From: an uncultured Pelagibacteraceae bacterium
GTDB taxonomy: Bacteria; Pseudomonadota; Alphaproteobacteria; Pelagibacterales; Pelagibacteraceae
Assembly: GCA_902544135.1 (NCBI GenBank)
Contig: CACCBF010000002.1
Coordinates: forward strand, 40,596-104,595
Length of the DNA: 64,000 bases
Reading direction: 5' to 3'
The notes under the pieces were generated by a model. It saw nothing but the letters and a program-made list of their open reading frames with translations, was not told the DNA's origin and did no database searches. Shown piece after piece: positions 22,209 to 32,945 of the stretch. The number at the start of each line of letters is the position of its first letter. The first letter of the stretch is position 1. The position numbers and the translations under genes are program-made.

Positions 22209-23090
22209 ATGTTTAAAGGTTCAAATGTTGCTTTAGTCACCCCATTTAAAAATAATCAACTTGATGAGGAAAATTATATCAAGTTAATACATTTTCACAT
22301 CGAAAATGGTACAAATGGTCTGGTGCCAGCTGGTACAACGGGGGAGTCTCCAACTTTAAGTCATGACGAGCATCAGAAAGTAATTGAACTATGCGTTAAA
22401 GAGAGTAATGGTCAATTACCTGTTATTGCAGGAACTGGATCTAATTCTACAGAGGAGGCGATTTCTTTAACAAAACATGCTGAAAAAATAGGTGCGAATG
22501 GAGCTCTTGTGGTTACTCCATATTACAATAAACCAACGCAAGAAGGTTTGTATCAACACTACAAGGCTATAAATGACAACTGTGGAATACCAATACTGAT
22601 TTATAATATTCCGGGAAGATCTGTAATTGATATGTCTGTAGAAACGATGGCAAGATTATTTGAATTAAAAAATATTATTGGTGTAAAGGATGCTACTGGA
22701 GACTTAAATCGAGTAAATCAAACATTAGAGAAAATCGGAAAAGATTTTATTCAACTAACTGGAAATGACGATAATGCAATGGAATTTAATAAAAGGGGAG
22801 GTGTTGGAGCTATAAGCGTCACAGCTAATATAGCACCTAAATTATGTTCTGAATTTCAAGAAAGTTCTTTAAAGAATGATGACAAATCAATTAAAGAAAC
22901 TGTAAAATTGGATGAAATGTTGCAGCCTTTGCATAATGCAATGTTTGTTGAGAGTAATCCGAGTCCAGTTAAATATGCTGCAAAATTATTAAATCTTTGC
23001 AATGATGATGTGAGACTTCCACTGGTTAAAGTTACAGAAAAAACAAAAGATATTGTGGAAAAAGCACTTCGGTTATCTAAATTGATTTAA
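22209..23090 (+). CDS. dapA: 4-hydroxy-tetrahydrodipicolinate synthase
   Basis: TTGESPTLS motif and [10 protein letters not shown] carrying the Schiff-base Lys, 293 aa. Confidence 0.95.
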   Translation: MFKGSNVALVTPFKNNQLDEENYIKLIHFHIENGTNGLVPAGTTGESPTLSHDEHQKVIELCVKESNGQLPVIAGTGSNSTEEAISLTKHAEKIGANGALVVTPYYNKPTQEGLYQHYKAINDNCGIPILIYNIPGRSVIDMSVETMARLFELKNIIGVKDATGDLNRVNQTLEKIGKDFIQLTGNDDNAMEFNKRGGVGAISVTANIAPKLCSEFQESSLKNDDKSIKETVKLDEMLQPLHNAMFVESNPSPVKYAAKLLNLCNDDVRLPLVKVTEKTKDIVEKALRLSKLI

Positions 23091-23560
23091 TGATAAAAAA
23101 ACCAAATCAAGGTTTAAAGATAATCTGTTTAAATAGAAAAGCTAGTTTTAATTATTTTTTTGAAAGTCTTTTAGAGGCTGGAATCGTTCTAAAGGGTTCT
23201 GAGATCAAATCTTTAAGGCAAGGTAAGGTTAATATAGCAGACTCCTACGCTGTTGAAAAAAATGGAGAAATTATATTAATTAATTCTCATATAGCATCTT
23301 ACAAACAAGCAAGTTACATAAATCACAAACCACTGGATGAAAGAAAACTTTTACTAAATAAAAAAGAAATAAATAAACTTATAGGTAAAATGCAAAGAGA
23401 AGGTTTCACAATAATTCCAACAAAAATGTACTTTAAGAAGGGTAAAGCCAAAATTGAGTTAGCTGTCGCTAAAGGAAAAAAACAATTTGATAAAAGAGCT
23501 GCGATTAAAAGAAGAGACTGGAATCGTGATAAGGCAAGATATGTCAGGAAAACAAGCTAA
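23090..23560 (+). CDS. smpB: SsrA-binding protein
   Basis: 156 aa SmpB homologue with a basic C-terminal tail. Its start overlaps the dapA stop. Confidence 0.95.
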   Translation: MIKKPNQGLKIICLNRKASFNYFFESLLEAGIVLKGSEIKSLRQGKVNIADSYAVEKNGEIILINSHIASYKQASYINHKPLDERKLLLNKKEINKLIGKMQREGFTIIPTKMYFKKGKAKIELAVAKGKKQFDKRAAIKRRDWNRDKARYVRKTS

Positions 23561-24038
23561 AATTATTTATTTGAGTATTGGTTCTAATCTTGGCAACAGA
23601 AAAAAAAATATAGAAAAAACTAAATTCGAATTATATTCTAAAGGTATAAATATAATTAAATCCTCTAATTACTACGAAACTTTATCTTGGCCAAATCCAA
23701 ATAATCCAAAATTTTATAATATTATCTTAAAAGTTTCATCAGATCTGAAAATATTAGAATTATTAAAAATTTGTAAGCAAATAGAAACATCTTTAGGAAG
23801 AAAAAAGGCTCCTAAAAATTCACCGCGTACATGTGATATTGATGTTATTGACTATAATCAAAAAATTACTGTTAATGGCATAAATGTTCCCCATCCTAGA
23901 ATGCACCTTAGAAACTTTGTATTAATACCATTATTCGAAATAGAAAAAAATTGGAGATACCCTAATTCCAAACGATATATAAAAAATCTTATTTTTTCTT
24001 TATCAAATAGTGACATTAGATCTATTAAACTTGTCTAA
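23541..24038 (+). CDS. folK: 2-amino-4-hydroxy-6-hydroxymethyldihydropteridine pyrophosphokinase
   Basis: Start set at ATG 23541 ([19 protein letters not shown]). [14 protein letters not shown] motif present. Overlaps smpB by 20 nt. Confidence 0.85.
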   Translation: MSGKQAKIIYLSIGSNLGNRKKNIEKTKFELYSKGINIIKSSNYYETLSWPNPNNPKFYNIILKVSSDLKILELLKICKQIETSLGRKKAPKNSPRTCDIDVIDYNQKITVNGINVPHPRMHLRNFVLIPLFEIEKNWRYPNSKRYIKNLIFSLSNSDIRSIKLV

Positions 24039-24057
24039 ATTAATGATATAGTTAAGA

Positions 24058-25803
24058 ATGTTAAATTCTCAAGAACTTATAAATAAAGTAAAAAATTATA
24101 ATAAATTCTTGAATCCTGATAAACTAAATAAAGCTTACGATTTTGCAGTAAAGGCGCACAAGAACCAAAAAAGAGCATCAGGAGATCCATATTCGGTTCA
24201 TCCAATTGAAGTAGCAAATATTTTAACAGATTTAAAGTTAGACAGTGCAACTATAACAACTGGTTTATTACACGATACTATCGAGGATACGTATGCAACC
24301 TATGAGACGATCAAAGGAGAATTTGGAATTGAAGTGGCTGATTTAGTTGATGGAGTAACAAAAATTTCTGTATTTGAAAATACTGCATCACCGAACTCAA
24401 AAGCAGAAAACTTTAGAAAGTTAATTTTAGCTACATCAAAAGATATCAGAGTTTTATTAGTTAAAATTGCTGATCGCTTACACAATATGAGAACCATTAA
24501 AGCAATTAAAAAAAAAGATAAAAGACAAAGAATAGCTCACGAAACAATGGAAATATATGCACCTCTAGCTGATAGAATGGGTATGCATAGAATTAGAGAT
24601 GAATTAGAAGATTTATCTTTTGAAATTTTGAATAATGATGCACGGTCATTAATTCAAAAACGATTAGATGAAATAAAATTAGACAAAAAAGATATTTTTG
24701 AAACACTATCAAATGAAATTAATACATTATTATTTAAGAATAATATTCAGTCAAAAATTTTTGGTAGAGAAAAAACTCCTTTTTCAATTTGGAGAAAAGT
24801 TCAAAAGAAGAGAATTTCATTAGAACAAATTACGGATATAATTGGGTTTAGAATTATTCTAAATGATATAGATGATTGCTATAAAACTTTAGGAATACTT
24901 CATAAGGAGTGGAATTGTATTCCAGGAAAATTCAAAGATTATATATCATCACCGAAAATTAACGGATATAAGTCAATTCATACATCGGTTATTGGATCTT
25001 ATAAAAAACCAATAGAAATACAAATACGAACAAGAAAGATGCACGATTTTGCTGAGCGGGGTATAGCATCGCACTGGCAATATAAATCTTCGGAAAAATT
25101 TAATTCTTTAACATGGAAAGAGTATGATTGGTTAAAAGATTTAGTTGAGATTATAGAAAAAAATGAAAATCCTGAACATTCGTATGAATATACCAAAATG
25201 CAAATGTTCCAAGAAAATGTGTTTTGTTTTACGCCTAAAGGATCTGTGATTAAGTTGCCAAAAAATGCAACTCCAATTGATTTTGCATATGCAGTACACA
25301 CAAAAATAGGTGATACGGCTGTTGGTTGTGAGATTAATGGTAACAAAGGAGAATTACAAAGTATTTTAAGAAACGGAGATACGGTAAAAATTATAACATC
25401 TAAAAATAATTCTCCATCACTACATTGGATACCAATTACTAAAACAGGTAAGGCTAGATCTGCTATTAGAAAGTATTGGCACGATAAAGGAGAAAAAAAA
25501 CAGGAAAGAGTAAAAAAATACAATACCACTCTTTGGATTTCTTTACCTGATAAACCAGGTCAATTAGGTAATGTTAGTTCACTCTTAGGACAACATAAAT
25601 TAAATATATCAAATCTTGAGATGGTTGGAAAAAACCCTAATTATATTAATTTCAAGTTTCAACTTATAATAAGAGATCTTAAAAATTTTACTAATTTTAT
25701 TGCAGAGCTTAAACAAAAAGGTATAAAATTTAAGATAATCAGACACGAAGATAAAAGAAATGCTTTCACACAAAAAATCCTTAAATATTTTAAGAAAAAC
25801 TGA
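24058..25803 (+). CDS. spoT: Bifunctional (p)ppGpp synthetase/hydrolase, RelA/SpoT homologue
   Basis: HD hydrolase (HPIEVANIL...HDTIEDT), synthetase motifs (DIIGFRIIL, YKSIHTSV, EIQIRTRKMHDFAE), TGS and a C-terminal ACT-like domain. Compact at 581 aa. Confidence 0.9.
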   Translation: MLNSQELINKVKNYNKFLNPDKLNKAYDFAVKAHKNQKRASGDPYSVHPIEVANILTDLKLDSATITTGLLHDTIEDTYATYETIKGEFGIEVADLVDGVTKISVFENTASPNSKAENFRKLILATSKDIRVLLVKIADRLHNMRTIKAIKKKDKRQRIAHETMEIYAPLADRMGMHRIRDELEDLSFEILNNDARSLIQKRLDEIKLDKKDIFETLSNEINTLLFKNNIQSKIFGREKTPFSIWRKVQKKRISLEQITDIIGFRIILNDIDDCYKTLGILHKEWNCIPGKFKDYISSPKINGYKSIHTSVIGSYKKPIEIQIRTRKMHDFAERGIASHWQYKSSEKFNSLTWKEYDWLKDLVEIIEKNENPEHSYEYTKMQMFQENVFCFTPKGSVIKLPKNATPIDFAYAVHTKIGDTAVGCEINGNKGELQSILRNGDTVKIITSKNNSPSLHWIPITKTGKARSAIRKYWHDKGEKKQERVKKYNTTLWISLPDKPGQLGNVSSLLGQHKLNISNLEMVGKNPNYINFKFQLIIRDLKNFTNFIAELKQKGIKFKIIRHEDKRNAFTQKILKYFKKN

Positions 25804-26347
25804 TGCGCTTTTAGAAGGACATTTTGTATTATCATCTGGTCTCCATTCTTCAAAATACATTCAATGTGCAAAACTTTTAAGTTATCCTCATTTAGCTGAA
25901 AAAATATGCAAATCTCTGGCAAGCAAGATTAAAAAAAATTTTAGTAAATTCGATCTTATTTTATCTCCAGCAATGGGAGGCATAATAATTGGGTATGAAA
26001 TAGGTAGAATTTTAAAAAAAGAAGCTATTTTTTGTGAAAGAGTAAGGGGTAAATTTACACTCAGAAGAGGATTTAAGATAAGGAAGGGATCAAAGGTTTT
26101 AATAATAGAAGATGTTATTACTACAGGAAAGTCAAGTATCGAATGTGTCAAATTAATAAAAAAAGCTAAAGCAAAATTAATAGGATTTGCTTCTATAATT
26201 GACAGGTCAAATAAAAAAAATCTCAAAATAAAAAGTAAAATTATTTCTCATCTTAAAATAGATGTGCCAGTTTTTAATAAAAAACAAATACCAAATAGTT
26301 TAAAACTTATTCCTATAACAACTCCAGGGAGTAGATTTACAAAATGA
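25760..26347 (+). CDS. pyrE: Orotate phosphoribosyltransferase
   Basis: LLEGHFVLSSGLHS N-terminal region and PRPP loop VLIIEDVITTGKS. The ATG at 25760 overlaps spoT by 44 nt. Confidence 0.9.
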   Translation: MLSHKKSLNILRKTDALLEGHFVLSSGLHSSKYIQCAKLLSYPHLAEKICKSLASKIKKNFSKFDLILSPAMGGIIIGYEIGRILKKEAIFCERVRGKFTLRRGFKIRKGSKVLIIEDVITTGKSSIECVKLIKKAKAKLIGFASIIDRSNKKNLKIKSKIISHLKIDVPVFNKKQIPNSLKLIPITTPGSRFTK

Positions 26348-27060
26348 AACGTTTAGGTGTAAATATCGATCATGTAGCAACTTTAAGAAATGCTAGAGGT
26401 GAAAATCATCCAGATCCAGTTTACGCAGCCAAATTTGCTAAAAAAGTTGGAGCAGATTCAATTACAATTCACTTAAGAGAAGATAGAAGACATATTAATG
26501 ATGCTGATGCGAAAAGAATATGTTCTATTAAAGGATTACTGGTAAATTTAGAAATTTCAACTAATTCAGATATTGTTAAAAATGCAATGAAAATAAAACC
26601 TAATTTTATTTGTATTGTTCCTGAAAAAAGAAAAGAAATAACTACTGAAGGAGGCTTAGATTTAATTAAAAATAGAACTACAATACAAAATATAATTAAA
26701 AAATTTAAACTATTAGATATTAGAACTAGTCTTTTTATTAATCCTTCTTTGAAAGATATTAGAATATCAAAAGCAATTAATGTTGATTGTGTTGAAATAC
26801 ATACAGGTAAATTATCTAATTTAGTTAAAAAGCGAAAAAATTTTTCGAATGAATTAAAGAGAATTAAAGAATGCTCTTATTTAGCAAATGATTTGGGAAT
26901 AGAAGTTCATGCTGGGCATGGCCTTGACTATAAAACAACAAAAATTTTAACTAGTATAAAAGAGATAGAAGAATTTAATATTGGACATTTTATAATAGGG
27001 GAGTCAATTTTTATGGGATTCAAGAATGTAGTTAAAAAATTTAAGACTATAATTAAGTAA
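26344..27060 (+). CDS. pdxJ: Pyridoxine 5'-phosphate synthase
   Basis: LGVNIDHVATLRNARG N-terminus, 238 aa. Confidence 0.95.
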   Translation: MKRLGVNIDHVATLRNARGENHPDPVYAAKFAKKVGADSITIHLREDRRHINDADAKRICSIKGLLVNLEISTNSDIVKNAMKIKPNFICIVPEKRKEITTEGGLDLIKNRTTIQNIIKKFKLLDIRTSLFINPSLKDIRISKAINVDCVEIHTGKLSNLVKKRKNFSNELKRIKECSYLANDLGIEVHAGHGLDYKTTKILTSIKEIEEFNIGHFIIGESIFMGFKNVVKKFKTIIK

Positions 27061-27061
27061 C

Positions 27062-27448
27062 ATGAAAATTTTAGGTGTAGGCGTAGATGTAGTTAAGAAT
27101 AACAGATTTAAGATATTAGCAAGAAAAGAAAACTTTATCCTTCGAACTTTTAGCAAAAATGAAATAAATTTTTCAAAAAAAAAAAATATGAAAATAGCCT
27201 TTTTTGCAAAAAGATTTGCAGCAAAAGAATCTTTTTCTAAATCTTTAGGTACTGGAATTAGAGATAACCTTAACTTTAAAGATATTGAAGTTCTTAATGA
27301 TAAATTCGGCAAGCCTTATTTTCGTAAAACAAAAAAGATTGGTAATCTTATTTATAAAAAATTTAAAGTTAAAAAGTACGATTTGTTCCTTTCAATTTCT
27401 GATGAAAAGGACTATTCAATAGCATTTACAATTATTCAAAAACAATAA
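27062..27448 (+). CDS. acpS: Holo-ACP synthase
   Basis: 128 aa with a GVGVDVV start and FAAKESFSKSLG, a 4'-phosphopantetheinyl transferase motif. Confidence 0.9.
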   Translation: MKILGVGVDVVKNNRFKILARKENFILRTFSKNEINFSKKKNMKIAFFAKRFAAKESFSKSLGTGIRDNLNFKDIEVLNDKFGKPYFRKTKKIGNLIYKKFKVKKYDLFLSISDEKDYSIAFTIIQKQ

Positions 27449-28182
27449 TGTTTAATAAAAATTTTCTAATTGAAAACACCAAAACATTGTTCTATGCGTT
27501 AATAATAGCTATTTTTATTAGATCTATAATTATTCAACCATTTTATATACCCTCCTCGTCAATGGAGCCTAACCTTTTAGTTGGAGATAGATTGTTTGTT
27601 AGTAAATATTCTTTTGGTTACAGCAAACATTCTTTTCCATTTAGCCCACCAATTTTCAAAGGTAGGATTTTTTTTAATGAACCTAAAAGAGGTGATGTAG
27701 TTGTTTTTAAAACACCGGCAGATAATAGAACTGATTACATAAAAAGATTAATTGGTCTTCCAGGAGATAAAATTCAGTTTATAAACTCTGAATTATACAT
27801 AAATAATAATATAATTTTTAAAAATAAAACATCAAATAATGATAAAATTTTTTGTGGAAAAAAAATAGTTGATGTTTTTTCTTTTAAAGAGAAATTGCCT
27901 AATGGCTATGATTATAAAACAGTTTATTTTAAGAAGGGATCTTTTCAAAATTCTGATATTTTTATTGTGCCTAAAGATAATTACTTCTTTTTAGGAGACA
28001 ATAGAGACTGCTCAAAAGATAGTAGATATTTATCAAGTGTAGGCTATGTCCATAAAGATAATCTAGTCGGCAAGGCACAATTTATTTTCTTTTCCTCGGA
28101 CAGATCTTTTGGAAGTATTTTTTATTTTTGGAAATGGAATCAGTCAATTAGATTTGATAGATTTTTTAAAAAGATAAAATAA
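27448..28182 (+). CDS. lepB: Signal peptidase I
   Basis: S26 family: catalytic Ser in SSSMEPNL, plus the RGDVVVFK and GDNRDCSKDSR boxes. Confidence 0.9.
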   Translation: MFNKNFLIENTKTLFYALIIAIFIRSIIIQPFYIPSSSMEPNLLVGDRLFVSKYSFGYSKHSFPFSPPIFKGRIFFNEPKRGDVVVFKTPADNRTDYIKRLIGLPGDKIQFINSELYINNNIIFKNKTSNNDKIFCGKKIVDVFSFKEKLPNGYDYKTVYFKKGSFQNSDIFIVPKDNYFFLGDNRDCSKDSRYLSSVGYVHKDNLVGKAQFIFFSSDRSFGSIFYFWKWNQSIRFDRFFKKIK

Positions 28183-28844
28183 TGAAAACACTCTATACAG
28201 GTCTTGAAAAGAAATTAGGTGTAAATTTTAAAGATAAAAATCTCTTGGTAAAATCACTGACACATAAAAGTTTTGATAATAATGAGAATAATGAAAAAAT
28301 TGAATTTTTGGGTGACAGAGTTTTGGGCCTGGTTATTGCTAAAAAACTTTTAGAAATTTACCCAAATGAGAAGGAGGGTATTTTGGATAAAAAATTTGCA
28401 TCACTTGTTAACAGAAAAACCTGTTTACAAATTGCAAATGAAATCGAATTAGAAAAATATATATTAATTTTTAGACCTAGAAACAAGAAAACAATCATTG
28501 AGGATAAAGTTATTGCTGATAGTTGTGAAGCTCTAATAGGTGCTATTTATCTAGATAAAGGTTTTGCAACTGTAGAAAAAACTATTCTTAATTTATGGAA
28601 AAAACATTTAGAAAGAAGCGTAATAACAGAAATCGACGCAAAAACAAAATTACAAGAATTGTCTCTTAAAAAATTTAAAAAATTACCAACTTATAAGTTA
28701 ATATCCAATACTGGTCCAAGACACAAACCTCTATTTAAGGTAGGTGTAAAATTATTAAATACAAAATTATTTATATCTGAAGGTAGATCAAAAAAAGACG
28801 CTGAGCAAAATGCAGCAATACTTTGTTTAAAAAATATTATTTAA
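28182..28844 (+). CDS. rnc: Ribonuclease III
   Basis: RNase III signature EFLGDRVLG and a C-terminal dsRBD. Confidence 0.95.
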   Translation: MKTLYTGLEKKLGVNFKDKNLLVKSLTHKSFDNNENNEKIEFLGDRVLGLVIAKKLLEIYPNEKEGILDKKFASLVNRKTCLQIANEIELEKYILIFRPRNKKTIIEDKVIADSCEALIGAIYLDKGFATVEKTILNLWKKHLERSVITEIDAKTKLQELSLKKFKKLPTYKLISNTGPRHKPLFKVGVKLLNTKLFISEGRSKKDAEQNAAILCLKNII

Positions 28845-28846
28845 TT

Positions 28847-29527
28847 ATGACTTGGGATGATGAAGGTTTTTTAATTTCGAAAAATAAATATAGTGAAAAT
28901 TCATTAATTGTTGAAATTTTTACTAAAAATTATGGCAAAGTGCCCGGGATTATTTTTGGAGGAACCTCGAGGAAAATTAAGAATTATCTCCAGTTAGGAA
29001 ATCAATTGTATGTAAATTATTCCTCTAAAACAGAAAATAAGATTGGTAATTTTAAAATTGAAATACTTAATGCTTACACACCTTCTTTTTTTGATAATTA
29101 TAGAAAACTACTATGTATTTTTTCCGCTTTTCAATTAATCAAAATTTTAACTGCTGAGTCTCAAAAGAATTCAAAGATTTATAGTTTAATTAAAAATTTT
29201 TACACTTTTTTAAAAAAAGAAAATTGGATAAAGAATTATATTTTTTGGGAGTTAGAATTCTTTAAAGTTATTGGTTATGATCTTGAGTTAAAGAATTTAG
29301 TTAAAAAAGAACTTATAAATAATGAAGTTAAGTATTTTGTTAAATCTACGAAAGAAAACAAAATTGTTCCAAATTTCTTAATAGATAATAATCAGGATTT
29401 TTTAAATGAGGAAATTTTAATTGATGGATTAGTGCTAGTTGGTGATTATTTAGAAAAAAGTATATTGAAACCCAATAATATCAATTATCCATTAAACAGA
29501 TTGAGGTTTTTAAACACATTCAAATAG
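28847..29527 (+). CDS. recO: DNA repair protein RecO
   Basis: Start set at ATG 28847 (MTWDDEGFLISKNKY...). It has an OB-fold-like N-terminus and sits just downstream of rnc. Sequence similarity is weak by eye. Confidence 0.75.
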   Translation: MTWDDEGFLISKNKYSENSLIVEIFTKNYGKVPGIIFGGTSRKIKNYLQLGNQLYVNYSSKTENKIGNFKIEILNAYTPSFFDNYRKLLCIFSAFQLIKILTAESQKNSKIYSLIKNFYTFLKKENWIKNYIFWELEFFKVIGYDLELKNLVKKELINNEVKYFVKSTKENKIVPNFLIDNNQDFLNEEILIDGLVLVGDYLEKSILKPNNINYPLNRLRFLNTFK

Positions 29528-30517
29528 TCAATCTAATATTTTATCAATCCTATCTGCATAATAGCTAACAATTGCATTAGCACCCGATCGTTTAAATGAT
29601 ATAAGACTTTCTAGGATGGCATTCTTATTTACAAAACCTTTATTAATAGCACTCGATAATAAAGTGTACTCACCGGATACTTGATAGGCAAATACTGGTA
29701 TTTTAAATTTTTCTTTCACAGATTTTATAATATCTAAATATGGCATACCTGGTTTAACCATTACCATATCAGCACCTTCTTTAATATCTAAGGCAACTTC
29801 CCTTAAAGCTTCATCGCTATTCCTAAAATCCATTTGATAATTCTTTTTATTACCCTTTAAGATATTTTTAGAGCCAACCGCATCTCTAAATGGACCATAG
29901 AAACTTGAGGCATATTTAATTGCATAAGATAAAATTTGTGTCATTTTATAACCATTTTTATCTAATGATTTTCTAATTTTACCTATTCTTCCATCCATCA
30001 TATCAGATGGTGCTATGACGTCACATCCCATTTCAGCTTGCAACAATGATTGTTTTATTAAAATTTCTACTGTTTCATCATTTAGGACATAACTATTATC
30101 CACTAATCCATCTTGTCCATGTGAGGTATATGGATCCAATGCAACATCACACATAATCCCGATCTCATTTCGATATTTTTTTTTGATTAACTGTAAAGCT
30201 TTACAAACTAAATTGTTTTCGTTTAATGCTTCAGTTCCAAATTTATCTTTGTTTTTTTTATTAGTATATGGAAATAGAGCAATCATTGGCAGTTTTAATT
30301 TAAGTGCTCTATCAACTATCGAACTTAATTTATCTAATGAATAACGATACACGCCTGGCATAGAATTAATGCCTTGCTTTTTATTTCTTCCATCTGTGAG
30401 AAATACCGGAAGTATAAAATCACTTGGTGTTAAATTATTTTCAGCTATTAATCTTCTAGACCAACTTTTTTTACGACTTCTTCTCAGTCTTAAATTAGGA
30501 AAACTACCAGTAATCAT
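29528..30517 (-). CDS. hemB: Porphobilinogen synthase (delta-aminolevulinate dehydratase)
   Basis: 329 aa. Asp-rich, Mg-type metal site DVALDPYTSHGQDG and Schiff-base Lys in VMVKPG. Confidence 0.95.
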   Translation of the reverse strand: MITGSFPNLRLRRSRKKSWSRRLIAENNLTPSDFILPVFLTDGRNKKQGINSMPGVYRYSLDKLSSIVDRALKLKLPMIALFPYTNKKNKDKFGTEALNENNLVCKALQLIKKKYRNEIGIMCDVALDPYTSHGQDGLVDNSYVLNDETVEILIKQSLLQAEMGCDVIAPSDMMDGRIGKIRKSLDKNGYKMTQILSYAIKYASSFYGPFRDAVGSKNILKGNKKNYQMDFRNSDEALREVALDIKEGADMVMVKPGMPYLDIIKSVKEKFKIPVFAYQVSGEYTLLSSAINKGFVNKNAILESLISFKRSGANAIVSYYADRIDKILD

Positions 30518-30607
30518 ATTTTATTATATTAATAATGTGCGACAAATGATATATACAAATATAGCTTAAAAAAGATAATAAACAATATTAAGAGACAATT
30601 AGCTACA

Positions 30608-31198
30608 ATGAATTTAAATTTTAATGATTTTCAGAAACAAGATATAAAGTTTGACATCAACAAACTTAAAGAGGCCTATAGACAAGTTTTATCAATAAAG
30701 GGCTTCACCGGTGTCACTGGAGTATCAAATTTTGGAGCAATTTCATTGACTCAAATTCCAGGAGATCCAGGGTCTATAAAGGGTAACAAAGCTAGAGGTG
30801 TGTTTTGGACAAAACCAGACTCTACTGGAAAAGAAGTAAGAAGAGATGAATTGATAGATGAAGCGGCTTATTCTGAATTTATCCATGATTATCAAAACAC
30901 TTATTTTAAAGAAGTCTTTGATGTTCTTTCATCCAAATACAAACTCGGAAGAATAAGGGTTTTATTAAAAGAGCCAAGATCAACATTGAGTTGGCATAGA
31001 GATCCAGAACCAAGACTTCATATTCCAATTATAACAAACCCAGGTTCAATAATGGTTATAGACAATGTTGCAAAACATATGCCAGCTGATGGTTCCGTTT
31101 GGATAACTAATAATACCAAATATCATAACGCTTTTAACGGTGGAGAAGAAGATAGAGTCCATTTAGTTGCTTGCGTATTAGATTACAAATTTAACTAA
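30608..31198 (+). CDS. Cupin / aspartyl-asparaginyl beta-hydroxylase-like 2OG-Fe(II) oxygenase (putative)
   Basis: WHRDPEPRLHIPI ... KYHNAFNGGEEDRVHLV resembles the H-x-D...H facial triad region of Asp/Asn beta-hydroxylase family proteins. This is a motif-level call only. Confidence 0.55.
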   Translation: MNLNFNDFQKQDIKFDINKLKEAYRQVLSIKGFTGVTGVSNFGAISLTQIPGDPGSIKGNKARGVFWTKPDSTGKEVRRDELIDEAAYSEFIHDYQNTYFKEVFDVLSSKYKLGRIRVLLKEPRSTLSWHRDPEPRLHIPIITNPGSIMVIDNVAKHMPADGSVWITNNTKYHNAFNGGEEDRVHLVACVLDYKFN

Positions 31199-31199
31199 A

Positions 31200-31625
31200 T
31201 TGAAAAAAGTATTTATTTCATCAGATCATGCTGGATATCAACTAAAGGAACAGATTAAAAAAAAATTTTCTAAAAAATTTATATTTGACGATTTAGGGAC
31301 TCACAATTCAAAGAACTCAGTAAATTATCCAGATTATGCACATAATCTATGTAAAAAAGTTAGTCAAAAAAAGGAAAATATGGGTATATTAGTCTGCGGA
31401 TCGGGTATGGGAATGTCAATGGCGGCTAATAAACACAAGAAAATAAGAGCAGCTTTAGGTTATTCAGTAAAAAACACGAAATTATCCAGATTACACAATA
31501 ATGCAAATATTATTACATTAGGTTCTAGATTGACAAAAAAAGATACAGCATTTAAATGTATTACTGTATTCTTTAATACAAATTTTGAAGGTGGAAGACA
31601 CAAAAAAAGAGTTAAAAAAATTTAG
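31200..31625 (+). CDS. rpiB: Ribose-5-phosphate isomerase B
   Basis: LacAB/RpiB motif GILVCGSGMGMSMAANK. TTG start at 31200. Confidence 0.9.
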   Translation: MKKVFISSDHAGYQLKEQIKKKFSKKFIFDDLGTHNSKNSVNYPDYAHNLCKKVSQKKENMGILVCGSGMGMSMAANKHKKIRAALGYSVKNTKLSRLHNNANIITLGSRLTKKDTAFKCITVFFNTNFEGGRHKKRVKKI

Positions 31626-31631
31626 GTTATT

Positions 31632-32945
31632 ATGTCAAGTGAAACTAAGTATATAAATTCAGATTATAAAGATTTTTTTGAAAAAAGCTTATCCCAATCA
31701 GATCCTGATTTATTTAAGGCTATTAACGATGAGTTAGTCAGACAACAAAATCATATTGAACTTATAGCATCTGAAAACATTGTTTCTCAGGCAGTGCTTG
31801 AAGCACAAGGTTCAGTCCTTACAAACAAATATGCGGAGGGATACCCAGGTAAGAGATATTATAATGGATGTGAACATGTAGATGTAGCTGAGCAATTAGC
31901 TTTAGAGAGAATTAAAAAACTTTTTAATTGTAAGTATGCAAATGTACAACCACATTCTGGCGCACAAGCAAATGGAGCAGTATTTTTAGCTCTCCTTAAA
32001 CCTAATGATACATTTATGGGCATGAGCCTAAATTCTGGGGGTCATATTACTCACGGCTTAAAAATTTCAATGTCTGGAAAGTGGTTTAATGCGATTAGTT
32101 ATGATGTAGATAAAAAATCAGAGTTAATTGATTATCAAAATGTAGAGAAATTAGCTTTAGAACACAAACCAAAATTAATTATTGCTGGTGGAAGCGCATA
32201 CTCGAGAGTAATTGATTTTAAAAGATTTCGTGAAATAGCAGATAAGGTAGGTGCATACTTGATGGTTGATATGGCTCATTTTTCTGGTCTTGTTGCCGGA
32301 AAAGGTTATCCAAACCCATGTGATTATGCTCATGTAGTCACCTCAACAACTCACAAAGTTTTTAGAAGTGCAAGAGGTGGTATAATTTTATCAAATGATC
32401 TTGATCTTGGAAAAAAATTTGATACAGCAGTTTTCCCTGGATACCAAGGGGGACCATTAATGCACATAATTGCAGCAAAAGCTGCAGGGTTTTTCGAGGC
32501 GCTTAAACCAGAATTTCAAGTTTATATAAAAAATGTTTTAGCTAATGCTAAAATGTTAGCTGAAACATTAAAAAATAATGGATTTAAAATTTACTCTGGT
32601 GGTACAGATACCCATCTAATGTTAGTTGATCTAAGACCCTTCAATGTGAAGGGAAATGTAGCATCTGAAAGCCTGTGTAGAGCAAACATTACTTGTAATA
32701 AAAACGGAATTCCATTTGACACTGAAAAACCGATGATCACATCAGGTATTAGGCTTGGCTCTCAAGCGGCAACAACAAGAGGTTTTGGTTTAAAAGAATT
32801 TGAGAAAGTTGGTAATTTAATCACAAAAGTAATAGAAGGTTTATCAAAAAATCCTGAGGATAATAGTAAAATTGAGGAAGAAGTTAGAAACGAAGTTATA
32901 GACTTGTGCTCTCATTTCCCAATTTACAAAAATCTCAATCGATGA
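31632..32945 (+). CDS. glyA: Serine hydroxymethyltransferase
   Basis: 437 aa SHMT with PLP-Lys in [13 protein letters not shown]. Confidence 0.97.
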   Translation: MSSETKYINSDYKDFFEKSLSQSDPDLFKAINDELVRQQNHIELIASENIVSQAVLEAQGSVLTNKYAEGYPGKRYYNGCEHVDVAEQLALERIKKLFNCKYANVQPHSGAQANGAVFLALLKPNDTFMGMSLNSGGHITHGLKISMSGKWFNAISYDVDKKSELIDYQNVEKLALEHKPKLIIAGGSAYSRVIDFKRFREIADKVGAYLMVDMAHFSGLVAGKGYPNPCDYAHVVTSTTHKVFRSARGGIILSNDLDLGKKFDTAVFPGYQGGPLMHIIAAKAAGFFEALKPEFQVYIKNVLANAKMLAETLKNNGFKIYSGGTDTHLMLVDLRPFNVKGNVASESLCRANITCNKNGIPFDTEKPMITSGIRLGSQAATTRGFGLKEFEKVGNLITKVIEGLSKNPEDNSKIEEEVRNEVIDLCSHFPIYKNLNR

